Shown: in pieces, positions 1 through 12,112 of the stretch
Position numbering within the stretch: the stretch's first letter is position 1
Layout of the letters: each line of letters begins with the position of its first letter
Source of the DNA: Mytilus edulis
Lineage: Eukaryota
DNA: 64,000 nt
Reading direction: 5' to 3'
NCBI RefSeq assembly: GCF_963676685.1
Contig: NC_092344.1
Span: 119,040,001-119,104,000, forward strand
Notes under the pieces: model-generated
The model's database searches: none
What the model saw: only the letters and a program-made list of their open reading frames with translations
What the model was told of the DNA's origin: nothing
Program-made: the position numbers and the translations under genes

Positions 1-96
1 GATGAATTGTCAAAGAAAACATTGATAGCCTTGAATGACATGAGGATCAAGTTTCCAGGAAAGTCTGACGAGGAGGCAGAAATGATTCTCGACAAG
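1..96 (+). CDS. Gene A (unidentified protein), internal exon running off the window edge: DELSKKTLIALNDMRIKFPGKSDEEAEMILDK
   Basis: Open frame from base 1 ending at AAG|GTAAAT donor (phase 0); joins in frame to the next four exons. Confidence 0.8.
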
Positions 97-656
97 GTAA
101 ATTATGTGTTTAGTTAGTGTGTTTCTGGACAAAATAGTTTTAATGAAATGAAGGTAGAGGTAGAGTTGATTCTTGGAAAGATAGCATTTGTGATACAAAA
201 AGCAAAACACAAACTGAAGTTGTGGCAAATGAGTTTCTAGTCAAACCTGTACACTGTCGAGAGAAAGCATATAGAGTGGTGATATTGAAATTGAGATGCA
301 AAATGCATAGGTATTATGACATAAGTAGTTCAAGAATTGGCTAACTTAACAAAGTATTTAGCTTAATAGAGATTAACCTTACAGCAGATTTGTCTACTGG
401 TAAATGAAAACATAAGTAGTGTGAGGATTTGAATAATCAAATTTTTGTGAAAAACAAAAGGTGATGTGTAAATTTTTTTTTTTTTTACTAGATAGTTTTG
501 TAATAAAATGCCAATTTATGTTGTTTTGTTGTAGGTTATAATTTTTAAGTTCTGTTTATATATTTTTTTGGCTCTGTTATATGGTGAGTACCTGTTTTCC
601 TTCTATCAATCTGAATTTAATTTTTGCTCTTAAATCAAATCTAACTTTCTCTTTAG

Positions 657-737
657 CTCCATGAAAGTTGGAAATTCCACAAACCAAGGATTGCTTCTTA
701 TTGGCTAGTGAAACTAGATTCTATAAAAAGGAGAAAG
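657..737 (+). CDS. Gene A exon: LHESWKFHKPRIASYWLVKLDSIKRRK
   Basis: ctttctctttAG acceptor, AAG|GTATGT donor, 81 nt, phase 0/0, no stops. Confidence 0.85.
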
Positions 738-771
738 GTATGTTATGATTTTCATTTATTAAAAACAAATA

Positions 772-954
772 CTGTGGATTTATCAATATTCATTGGAAAC
801 AAATTTACATGTATTTCGTTGGTACAGGAGAACCATGAATTTAAATGTTCAATGAATTCCAAATTTGCTAAAGGAATGTATGCTGACTTTGCCAAATCCA
901 AGAAATAAAATATCCACGAATATGCAAGTTCCACGAAAATAAATAAATCTACAG
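772..954. mobile_element. Tc1/mariner-type MITE
   Basis: TA|CTGTGGATTTAT...ATAAATCTACAG|TA terminal inverted repeats; same family as 33905-34679. Confidence 0.6.
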
Positions 955-1344
955 TAAGGTCTTTTTGTTAGGTTTTAAAGACTACAATATACACTTAATT
1001 ACATACAACTTTCCTTGATGTACAGTCCATGTGTTATGTCCAAGGAGAGTTTTCAATAAAATGTAAGCAAAAGAAGTTATCTTACTGCTCATTTTAAAGA
1101 TTTGTTGAGTAGTTGTCAAATAGATGTTATATTCATATTTTTATATGTATTCATGCAATCTCAGACAGTGTAAAAATGGCTCTTTGGATAACAGTTGTCG
1201 TTTATTTGAAGGAAAATCAGTACATAACAAAGTGCATATTTTCCATTGAGTTTGAAAGTAATGAAATTGAATTCACAAACAACAGTAAAATAAAGCAGCA
1301 ATGATTGAAATAGAATTACTGTAATATTGTGATATTTTGCACAG

Positions 1345-1505
1345 GTGATAGACATTGTGCGATCTAACGTGAGAGCTGTGTTACAGAGAACCTGGAGAGT
1401 GAGTGATGTCGATAATCTCAGGATCTATAGAATATTTAGTCGTGTATTCAGTCGTCTGCTCTGGAGTCATGGACAGGGGCTCTGGAACTGCTTCTCTTCT
1501 TCCAA
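1345..1505 (+). CDS. Gene A exon: VIDIVRSNVRAVLQRTWRVSDVDNLRIYRIFSRVFSRLLWSHGQGLWNCFSSS(N)
   Basis: ttttgcacAG acceptor, CAA|GTAAGT donor, 161 nt, phase 0/2. Confidence 0.85.
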
Positions 1506-1546
1506 GTAAGTCAATTCTATGGCAGATAATATCAAGGTTAATAGAA

Positions 1547-1739
1547 CACTATAAATTCAGAAGTTATAACAAATAATGGGACAAAGTAAGTTACGCAATA
1601 ATAAGAACTCACATTCTAATAACTTAAACAAAGATCTGTATGTAGATTTTTCTGATATCACAATAATCAAACTTGCATTATTGTTCATTTTTAAACCTTG
1701 CAATAATAAATGCAAGCAATAATTTCCGAATATTCAGTA
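1547..1739. mobile_element. Degenerate TA-type MITE
   Basis: Imperfect TIRs cactataaattcagaagttat / ataatttccgaatattcagta. Confidence 0.4.
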
Positions 1740-1911
1740 ATAATTTTTATTCATTTCTTCATCATTGAAAAAGTCGAGATTTTTTTCCTATCCAAACCAA
1801 CTTGTTATATTTGTATATGTATAACAATTGAAAATTTGCACTAATGATTACATTTTTATTATAAAAAAAACAAAAAATTATATAAAATCTGAATATTTCA
1901 GGTTCCTATTA

Positions 1912-2030
1912 ATGGTCTGTTGTTTTCTCCTGGCATTACAGCTTCCTCCACCAAAAAAACTGGCCACCATAAAATAGCCCAAAAGTGGGGCTTAAAAGTG
2001 GCGTTCAAACACCAACAATCAGATCAAATA
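1912..2030 (+). mobile_element. MetaSINE-like 3' fragment
   Basis: gttttctcc..gcttcctccaccaa.aaaactggccacc..aaagtggcgttcaaacacc resembles the Meta-domain SINE consensus as I recall it. Confidence 0.55.
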
Positions 2031-2089
2031 TCCATCATAGAAAAAAATTAATTGGTCAATTTCAATCCTGGAATAACTTTTTATTTCAG

Positions 2090-2275
2090 TGGACCAGCTG
2101 GTTGGGAAACAATTTTCAGCAAGAGCACAGAAAATATAAGTGAGTCCGATATGAACTGTTGTCGTAGAATCGTTCAGCTGTGCAGGGATTGTCTTCTCAT
2201 TGTTTATCAGTTTGCTGCAGAGGCTAAGAATACCTCACAGAGTACCACTAGTCATTCCGACACTGAACCATCAGG
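2090..2275 (+). CDS. Gene A exon: (N)GPAGWETIFSKSTENISESDMNCCRRIVQLCRDCLLIVYQFAAEAKNTSQSTTSHSDTEPS(G)
   Basis: tttttatttcAG acceptor, AGG|GTAATT donor, 186 nt, phase 2/2; matches ORF-track entry 2052..2279. Confidence 0.8.
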
Positions 2276-3741
2276 GTAATTAAAGGTGATGTAAGAATAT
2301 TATACACTAACTAATGATGTGCACTAATGTTGGGGGTACATATATATATGTGTGTGTGTGTGGGAAGGGGTTTTAAATCATGCCAATTAATAATGAGATA
2401 AACTCATTGCTTGTGTGAAAAAAAGAGTTTTTTCTGCTTTGCATAACATTTACTTTTAAACAAATCACTTATGAGCCAGGTTACAAGAAGTTAAAATCCT
2501 ACATATATGCTAAACGACTGTTAACAGGCATGGAAAATTTAAATGCCTTAAAAAATGTTAATAGGGAATAGAAAATCAGAAAACATTTTGTTTCTAAATC
2601 TCAGAAATTGTTTTCTCTGCATTAAATATTATAGTTACTTTAAAAATGAAATTGTATTAAAACAGTTGGAAAATGGTACTCTTAGAAATATTAAAGTAAT
2701 CAATAAAAGAATGATTGAAGGATAATGAATAGACTGCAGACCTCTGCCACAGTCAGTATGAAATAAAATAGCAAGTATTCAATACATTGAGAAATTCAGC
2801 CTACTTATCCAAGTATCCATGATACTATAATCCTGATTTTCAGCAGTTGAAATAGCTTCTAACAGATAAAGCACTATCAAAGTGACTTCAATGAAAACTT
2901 GTGGACTTGTGGACAATTACATGCATATAACAGGAAATGTAGCTTTGGTTGGGAACTAATATGTGCATGTCCTTTATATGTGTTAGTGTGTAATATTCTT
3001 AATAACACCATGTATTTTAAGTGTATGTGTATAAAATAGATTTTGTGTTTGTTGTAAAAATGCTGAGCAATCATACACTACAGGCATAGGCCTCATCAAG
3101 TTAGTTTTGATTCTCATATCTGTCACTATTTATTTTTGAGGTTTTTTTTGGTCCATGTACATGTCAGCTTTTACATTTTATTAATATTATATTCATTTAT
3201 TTTTCTTTACCTAATTTTCTTTACCTAATTTGTGTTAATTTTTGTCTTTAAATTTTGTCATTAACACTGAGGTTTTTTTAAACAAAAAATGTCATCAAAG
3301 AGTATTAAGTTTATTATGGTTTTTTTAAGTAAGTTGTTTTATTTATGAAATTGAAGAGATAAAACAGTGGCAATTTCAAGTATATCAGCAACAATGTTGA
3401 CCAAAAAAATCACACCACAAGACAAACTAGAGAGCAAACACAGAAGCAATATAATGTTATTTTTGGCGAGTTGTTAGTACTGTGTTTCTCTGGAGTTACC
3501 CAAATATGGCAAACTAGGATATCCTCTTATATAAATACACCAACAAAGTAAGAAATCATCATAAGGTCTTAATTACTCCAGTCGGTTATTTTGTTCTCAA
3601 ATACATACTTTAAAATGCTCATTTCGTAAAAAGTAATTTTACAGTTGCCTCGTGTTGAAAATGATGAAAAAGTAAATCCAGAATATATATTTTTTTAATT
3701 ATTATCCAATAGTAATATTGTTATTCATTTTATTTTTTCAG

Positions 3742-3835
3742 ACTAGGTAGAGAGAAACCAATATCATTAGTTCCTCCTAACACCCAGACAATGAGCCAGC
3801 GCTACTCAAAACTTTATCGTGGGGAAGCATCATGA
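3742..3835 (+). CDS. Gene A terminal coding exon: (G)LGREKPISLVPPNTQTMSQRYSKLYRGEAS*
   Basis: tattttttcAG acceptor, phase 2 compatible with the donor at 2275, ends in TGA. Confidence 0.7.
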
Positions 3836-4277
3836 CAAAACGACTGGTAGCTGACACAGTGCAATGTTATTCTTGGAACCAGTTTGATCATTTCAGATTA
3901 TTAAGTTTTTGTTATCAATTATATTAAAACAGCTGCTTTTTATTGCTATAGATTTTTCAATCATTGCTTTATTATCAACTTTTATTGTGTGAATAATCTT
4001 AGGAAGAATTTGTTTTTTAACTTGTACTTTTTAAAATTCAGTTTCAACATTTTACGCAGCTGCATAACAGAGGTAACTTCCCTTGTTTTTTTTAAATTCT
4101 CAGGACAGTGTTGATACATGTATTACCTGTAGAAAAATGTTATTTGTGTATGACATATAAAATAGACAGTTGAATTGAGGCTTCAGAGACTGGCTTCATT
4201 AAAGCAACATCAAAACACATCATACATTTTGAGACTTTTTTGTAGGGTTTTATTATTTATTCCGACTATTAGCAGCT

Positions 4278-4810
4278 TCACTGCTCTGACAGATATAGGG
4301 GACCATTCTAATGTCTTGACTGCTCTAAAAGATAGAGGACCATTCTGACTCATTGACTCCTCTGACAGGTAGGGGACCATTCTGAAGTCTTGACCGCTCT
4401 GACAGATATAGAGGACCATTCTGAAATTTTGACAACTCTGACAGATATAGGGGACCATTCTGAAGTCTTGACCGCTCTGACAGATATAGAGGACCATTCT
4501 GAAATTTTGACAACTCTGACAGATATAGGGGACCATACTGAAGTCTTGACTGCTCTGACAGATGGAGAATGATTCTGAAGTCTTGACCGCTCTGATAGAT
4601 AGAGAATTATTCTGAAGTCTTGACTGCTCTGACAGATAGGGGACAATGCTGAAGTCGACTGCTCTGACAGATATAGGGGACCGTTCTAAAGTCTTGACTG
4701 CTCTGACAGATAAGGTCCGTTCTGAAGTGATAACCGTTCTTACAGATATAGGGGACCACTCTGAAGTCTTAAAACTGCTCTGACAGATAGAGGACCACTT
4801 TGAAGTCTCA
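4278..4810. repeat. Minisatellite with a unit of about 39 bp (CTCTGACAGATATAGGGGACCATTCTGAAGTCTTGACYG), about 13 copies, in the probable 3' UTR of gene A
   Basis: Tandem repetition directly visible. Confidence 0.9.
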
Positions 4811-7673
4811 ATTTAATTTGGTTGTTGTTTTATTTTTATTGATCACGAAGACCGTCCATTTATAATCACTGTGATAATCTATTGATGTTGATATGATTTT
4901 GATATCTATTGATATTTTTACTATTCCATCAAGTAATTTTAAACCATGTTATGTCTTTCATTTTAAGATTCCATTTTGTAATGATAATTAATATTGATAG
5001 TGCTATTTTAATGTAGTCAGCATTTTTGTAAATGTTTACACTTGTTAATTTTTGACGTAAAATGTTTTGTCTTGCATTGTCATGTAACAATAGGTATGAT
5101 CATTCAGATAGGGCTAACAAAATTTGCTACATTATGATGGAATAAGATGGGAATATTCTATTCAGTTTAGTCTGGTTGATTTTGCCATATATGTTACTGA
5201 CATTCTGTTTTGATATTTTAAAAGTTATATTTTGAAATTATAAGCAAAATGTTTTTGTTTGTATATAAAACAAACTAGATATTTTTGTAGGAACACTGCA
5301 GGCAAGTGTAAAACATCATAATATATATATTGTCATGTAGTATACGGATGTTATTTATAGAAATGTTTCATATATTCTATTACTTTTGTGATATTTTTCT
5401 TTTTATAACATATTTTATGTATTTATATATATGTCACCATATTATCATTTTTACGAAATCATAAATAGAAAAACATTATTGTTTTATAAGGAATTTCCTT
5501 ATTTTTACAGTGGAAGAAAATGATCTAAAAAAAAACATTTTACCAAATATTTGAATAGGCTAAGTTTTATAAGTTTTATTTGACTGGCCATTTCAAATAT
5601 ATATAAAAAACAAATCTTTTTAAACTTCTGTAATGAGAATCACCCTTTTTGGACTCGTCACATTTCTCTGTGTGTGTGTTTTTTTTTAATTCAGCAGAGA
5701 GACTGCTGTCTTGAAAAAGCACATTTTAGTTGAGGAGAGATGTTCTCTTTTGTAAACAACTTCTATGATAAAGAATCAATCAGTTTTTGAAGTACAATAC
5801 ACTTTAGAAATGACCTCAGGTGTGTGTACCTCAAAAAACACTTTGAATCAGATGTTTTTAAGTTATGAATTGAAATCAATATAGATGTGGTAAGGGAGCT
5901 TGCTTCAGGTGACTAACTTTAATTTACCTTTCTCCCCTCAACATCTGGAGTTTCAAAGCCAAACATTTTTTTAAACAGTTCTTGATAAGCCCACATTTGA
6001 AAGAATGTCTTGTTTCCCAATCCCTGGGTCTACCTTTTGTAAACAGACAAGGAAGGCAGGCTAATTTATAAACTGGATGTCATAGCATATATGCATGGTC
6101 ACAAGAATGGGTGGACTTTGTCCAGTCAAGGCCACTTTTCTGTAATTTTAGTTTGTGCTCAATTTGAGTGTATTTATTTATATTATCAATCCTTTTGCTT
6201 TCAAGCACTTTTCAAAAATAGAAACAAATTATTTTTTTTTTTTTTTGTGGAAAATAATTGTTTGACCCGGTGGGGGGAGGGGAAACAAACATTTTTCTAA
6301 TTTTGGCCTAATAACCAATGTATTTGAAAACATACAAAACATACAAGATTTTTCTGGACAGTACCTTCACAATTAACATTGAAGATTTCAACATTTGAAA
6401 TTTCCTTTGTTATCTCCCTTTAAGATATCAACATTTGAAATATCTTTTGTTATCTCCCTTTATTAGTTTTCTGCCTTGCATTCAGTGGAATTAATGTCTT
6501 CTATTATTATGGCTTATTTAAGTAATTACTAATATTAGCATTATAGATATATTCTTGAATTTAATATCATCATCAGAAAGGCAAAAATATTAAGATCTTC
6601 AAACTGTTTCAAACAATCATTCTGTCTATTAATTTAATTGATGACCTTCTATAGCTTTATTTTTTCTTCTTCAATTTTTCCTCTAGTCATGATGTGAAAT
6701 AGTTTTAATCTCTTTTTTGTTATTGTTCTATTTATCTCTGAATTGAGTTTTAGGATACAATATGCTACTGTCTTGATCCAAACAAGTTAACAATTTGTAT
6801 TTTTTTTGTCTTTGAACTGTAACCAACTTAATATCTTTACTATAGTATTTTATGTGTTTATTTTGAGAAATCTTTCAAATTAAGTAGTACTGCCATTTAC
6901 ACTGAATAATAGTAAAATATGTACTAGCAAATATTTATAATTTATTTACATAAAAGCTTTAATTATGCCATATTCATGATATTTTTGTTTAGCTGTGATT
7001 TATGAATATTTATGAATCAATTCATTTTTGATAATATTCTTACAATTAATCTTTATTATTAAGAAGCATAGATTTTATATTTATTTTGTCATTATTGTAA
7101 ATTCAAGAAAAACCTCATGCTTTGAAAAAAGAATATTGCATGGTTTGAAAAAAAACAACCTTATGCTGAAAACCTCCTCATTTAGTTTCTGGTGAGGTTT
7201 AACAGAAATTTCTGCTTTTAAATTGATATGAATGTAGAATATATATGCATTAGGTTAATGGTTTGCAAGAATGCTTGTTAAGAAAACTAGTAACAGTAAA
7301 TGAATATAGGTATAACAGGATGTTTTGAGGTTAAATTTTCAAAAACTATCACTTGTTTTAATTCTAAAATAGAGCTACAGATTTGACAAATGAAACATTT
7401 GAATTTTTATATAAAGTATTTTACACTTTAATACTGTTGTCTTTGTAAGCTTTCAATAGATATTCCTCAATTATTGCAAAATGCTATTTAATTTTTATTC
7501 ATGGCACAAAATTTACAACTCTAAGGGGAGATAAATGCGTTTGATATGTGATATTTTTGAATGATTTGGTTAGTATTATTATAAATGCACTGTGATAATA
7601 TTTTCATTATATTTACTACCTTTTGTGAATCCAGTTTTGAATGTAGAATCTTGCAATGTATTTTCCTAAAAAG

Positions 7674-7679
7674 AATAAA
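7674..7679 (+). terminator. Candidate poly(A) signal of gene A (implies a 3' UTR of about 3.8 kb)
   Basis: AATAAA followed by a GT/T-rich tract; interspersed repeats begin shortly after it. Confidence 0.4.
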
Positions 7680-8074
7680 TGATACTGACTAGTATTTCAC
7701 TGTTATTGTTTCATCTGTCCAGCTCCTGTTGTTTTGTGTCGTCTGCATTACACTTAAAATGAGGTTGTGCATCAACTTTTAATTTTATGATCATGAGTTA
7801 TTCTGGGGTTTTCCTTTACCAATGCATAAAGCAATTTCTGCCTATATCAGTTTGTAAATCCTCTTCTTGAAAATTTACCCATGTTCAACTATCTTGCACA
7901 GATTCTTCCACTGGACATGCATTTTTGCACACTTTTTAAGCTTAACTGGTTTTAAGGGCAATTGTAAGCTACTGCCATCACTTGGTGTCTGTCGTCTCTT
8001 TCATTATCCTTATTTTTACAATAATCTCACTTAAAATACTGGAACCAAATGTGCCTACAATCATCAATGGGGTT

Positions 8075-8589
8075 TAGTTGTTAGTGGCTTTGAACTAGCT
8101 GTCAGATAACTGTGAGCACTCTCAGATCTGTTCTGAGTGTCTTTTTGTTGTTGGGATGTACAAGTACCTATCCACGTCCACTTGTATTTTTGTTCATCTG
8201 ATGAGTAAAGCCTTTTTTAACTGATTTTTATAGTTCTTATGTTGTACTGTCCCATGTTAGGTGGAGGGTTGGGATCCCGCTAACATGTTTAACGCCACCA
8301 CATTCTGTATGTATGTGCCTGTCCCATGTCAGGAGCCTGTAGTTCAGTGGTTGTCGTTTGTTTATGTTTTACATATTTGTTTTTCGTTCATTTTTTGTAC
8401 ATAAATGAGGCCGTTTGTTTCTTGTTTGAATTGTTTTACATTGTCATTTCTGGGCCTTTTATAGCTGACTATGCGGTATGAGCTTTGCTCATTGTTGAAG
8501 GCCGTACGGTGACCTATAGTTGTTAATTTCTGTGTCATTTTGGTCTTCTGTGGACAGTTGTCTCATTGGCAATCATACCACATCTACTT
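8075..8589 (+). mobile_element. Abundant interspersed repeat ending GTTGTCTCATTGGCAATCATACCACATCT; related pieces at about 31325, 42958-43142, 44225-44365 and 63770 (-)
   Basis: Several dispersed copies within the window; class not determined. Confidence 0.6.
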
Positions 8590-10351
8590 TTTAGCTCACC
8601 TGGCCCGAAGGCCAAGTGAGCTTTTCCCATCACTTTGCGTCCGTCGTCCGTCGTCGTTAACTTTTACAAAAATCTTCTCCTCTGAAACTACTGGGCCAAA
8701 TTAAACCAAACTTGGCCACAATCATCATTGGGGTATCTAGTTTAAAAAATGTGTGACGTGACCCGGCCAACCAACCAAGATGGCCGTCATGGCTAAAAAT
8801 AGAACATAGGGGTAAAATGCAGTTTTTGGCTTATAAGTCAAAAACCAAAGCATTTAGAGCAAATCTGACCTGGGGTAAAATTGTTTATCAGGTCAAGATC
8901 TATCTGCCCTGAAATTTTCAGATAAATCGGACAACCCGGTGTTGGGTTACTGCCCCTGAATTGATAATTTTAAGGAAATTTTGCTGTTTTTGGTTATTAT
9001 CTTGAATATTATTATAGATAGAGATAAACTGTAAACAGCAATAATGTTCAGCAAAGTAAGATTTACAAATAAGTCAACGTGACCGATATGGTCAGTTGAC
9101 CCCTTTAGGAGTTATTGCCCTTTTTAGTCCATTTTTAACCATTTTTCGTAAATCTTAGTTATCTTTTACAAAAATCTTCTCCTCTGAAACTACTGGGACA
9201 AATTAGTCCAAACTTGGCCACAATCATCATTGGTGTATTTAGTTTAAAAAATGTGTGGCGTGACCCGGCCAACCAACCAAGATGGCCGCCATGGCTTAAA
9301 ATAGATCATAGGGGTAAAATGCAGTTTTTGGCTTATAACTCAAAAACCAAAGCATTTAGAGCAAATCTGACCTGGGATAAAATTGTTTATCAGGTCAAGA
9401 TCTATCTGCCCTGAAATTTTCAGATGAATCGGACATTCCGTTGTTGGGTTACTGCCTCTGAATTGGTAATTTTAAGGAAATTTTGCTGTTTTTGGTTATT
9501 ATCTTGAATATTATTATAGATAGAGATAAACTGTAAACAGCAATAATGTTCAGCAAAGTAAGATCTACAAATAAGTCAACTTGACCAAAATGGTCAGTTG
9601 ACCACTTTAGGAGTTATTGCCCTTTATAATCAATTTTTAACCATTTTTCGTAAATCTTAGTAATCTTTTAGAAAAATCTTCTCCTCTGAAACTACTGGGC
9701 CAAATTTAACCAAACTTAGCCATAATTGGGGTATCTAGTTAAAAAAATGTGTTTGGTAACTCGGCCAACAAACCAAGATGGCCGCCATGGCTAAAAATAG
9801 AACATGGGGGTAAAATGCAGTTTTTGGCTTATAACTCAAAAACCAAAGCATTAAGAGCAAATCTGACAGGAAGTAAAATTGTTGATCAGGTCACGATCTA
9901 TCTGCCCTGGAATTTTCAGATGAATCGAATAATCGGTTGTTAGGTTGCTGCCCCTGAATTGGTAATTTTGAGGAAATTTTGCTGTTTTTTGTTATCTAGA
10001 ATATTATTATAGATAGAGATGAACTGTAAACAGCAATAATGTACAGCAAAGTAAGAACTAAAAATAAGTCACTATGACCAAAATAGTCAATTGACCCCCT
10101 AAGGAGTTATTGCCCTTCATAGTCAATTTTTAACAATTTTCTTAAAATTTGAAGATTTTCAATAACATTTTCCACAGAAAGTACTGTTATAGATAGAGAT
10201 AATTGTAAGCAGCAAGAATGTTTAGTAAAGTAAGATCTACAAACACATCACCATCACCAAAACAAAATTTTGTCATGAATCCATCTGTGTCCATTGTTTA
10301 ATATTCACATAGACCAAGGTGAGCGACACAGGCTCTTTAGAGCCTCTAGTT
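8590..10351 (+). mobile_element. HINE (non-autonomous Helentron) with three internal tandem units of about 502 bp
   Basis: Inserted in a T-run; 5' subTIR AGCTCACCTGG..GTGAGCT, GTCC/GTC microsatellite, units starting at 8662, 9164 and 9666, 3' GGTGAGCG plus palindrome AGGCTCTTTAGAGCCT, then CTAG|TTT. Confidence 0.8.
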
Positions 10352-12112
10352 TATATTTGAAAGATATGTTCATGATTCTGGTTCCTGACCAACATGTCAG
10401 ACACTGCTTAAAGTAGAACATATGGCAAAATGCATGTTTATCTATAGTCAACTATTTAGAGGAGTTATTGAACCCATTTTTAGTTTGACAAAAACTTTAA
10501 GTACCATATATTTCAAAAAACTTTAAAGAACAGTTATGATTAGGAAGACCTTATTTATTTTATGAGTCTTCATTTTCAATGAGGTTTTCTGATGAAGAGA
10601 CGGTGGGCAAATCTTAATCATTTCTATACAATAACTTGATGATAGTTCAACCAGTCCTCAAATTTAAATATGTTGATTCTAAAGAAAAATTGCAGTTATG
10701 ACACTTGATTGATTGACATGTTTCAACTTCAGAATTACAAATTAATTTCATTTCAAATTATGATAAGTTGTTTCTGATATCAAAATGGAGGTTAAGTTTG
10801 ATTTTGACACTATCCACCCATGCACTTCACAAATTGTGGCTCCTTATTGCTGAAAAAGGACACTGATAAAAGTAAGGGATGTCCACTTTGCTGTCATTTT
10901 GACAGCCTCTTGTTATGTTATATCTCTGTTCACTGTTAATGAGTACTAAGCTTTATTTATTGAAATAACGAGGCTTACTTTTAAGAATGTCTACATTCTT
11001 GCAAATTTTGGTTTTGAAGTAATTCTAGAGTTGTCTCCCTTATAACAACTGACACTTGAGTGACCTGAAGTATGTAAAAGGTTATATGTCTAATCAAATT
11101 GCTGTGAAATTTTATATGAAATCTTACAGCAAACATGCAAAGTTTGAAACAGATTGTTTACAGTATTTAGATATCTTTTTCAATTTAATTGTCAAGTTTG
11201 TATTAAGAGATACACCTACAAAGGTATACAGGTGACAACTTGATTAGAAATTCTTAACGTCCAGGTAACGGTTCATACCACACAACAATGCATTCTTCCT
11301 TGTTTAATAACAAACCTCTTCAGTCTTGTCTATCAAATAATAAAGTAGTGCTTGAGAAATAAATATCCCACATAACTGAAGAAGATGGAACTTTAAAATC
11401 ACTGGAACTGTAAAATATCTCGGCAACTAGCAAAAAGAAGCACTACAAAATGTTAACTAGGCTTTTATATTCTGAAAACCCAGTTATTGATAATCACATA
11501 TTGTTCAAGCACTTTTAAATTGTTTTATGAATTGATATATCCCCATGCCACAAGCAGTATGACTATTTATTTTTCTGTATTTCAAGGAATCTTCAGTTAT
11601 TATTTTAGCTTTCCTTAAGAATTGGACACCAGCTGCACGATTTCACATAATTCAAAAGGACAAGGATGAGGAGTTTAGAAATCAATGGCTCCAAATTAGG
11701 GTGAGGTATTAAGGAATTAATGATTGTGAGGTGTTTTTGTCTATTTGACTGTTTTCCCTACACCTCAATCTGAATTTCAGGATGCTTTATTATTCTACTC
11801 ACTAGATTAATGTATTATCTACCGGCAAGTATTTCATGCATATTCAGAACCAACAGTAATAAATGGAATATCAGATAGGTGGGTTGTATTATAAACTTAT
11901 TTCTGAACACCTGTCAACCTTTGTAAGCTCTCAGATATTATAGTTATAGCTTAATGCTGTTGAATAAAACTATTTCAAGGTGCACATGTATGTCCGACAG
12001 GGTTTATCCAATCTTGACCTTATTTTAATGGCTCAATTTGTCAGATACCTGAAATAAGACCTTGAGCTCAAGTACAAAATATTTGTCATAATAAGTAAAG
12101 CAGACAACAACT

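Noticed and set aside
4210-4646. Four overlapping ORFs with repeated peptides
   Set aside because: Products of the 39-bp tandem repeat
9214-9943. Two similar ORFs of about 65 aa (PRWPPWLKI)
   Set aside because: Chance frames in the HINE tandem units
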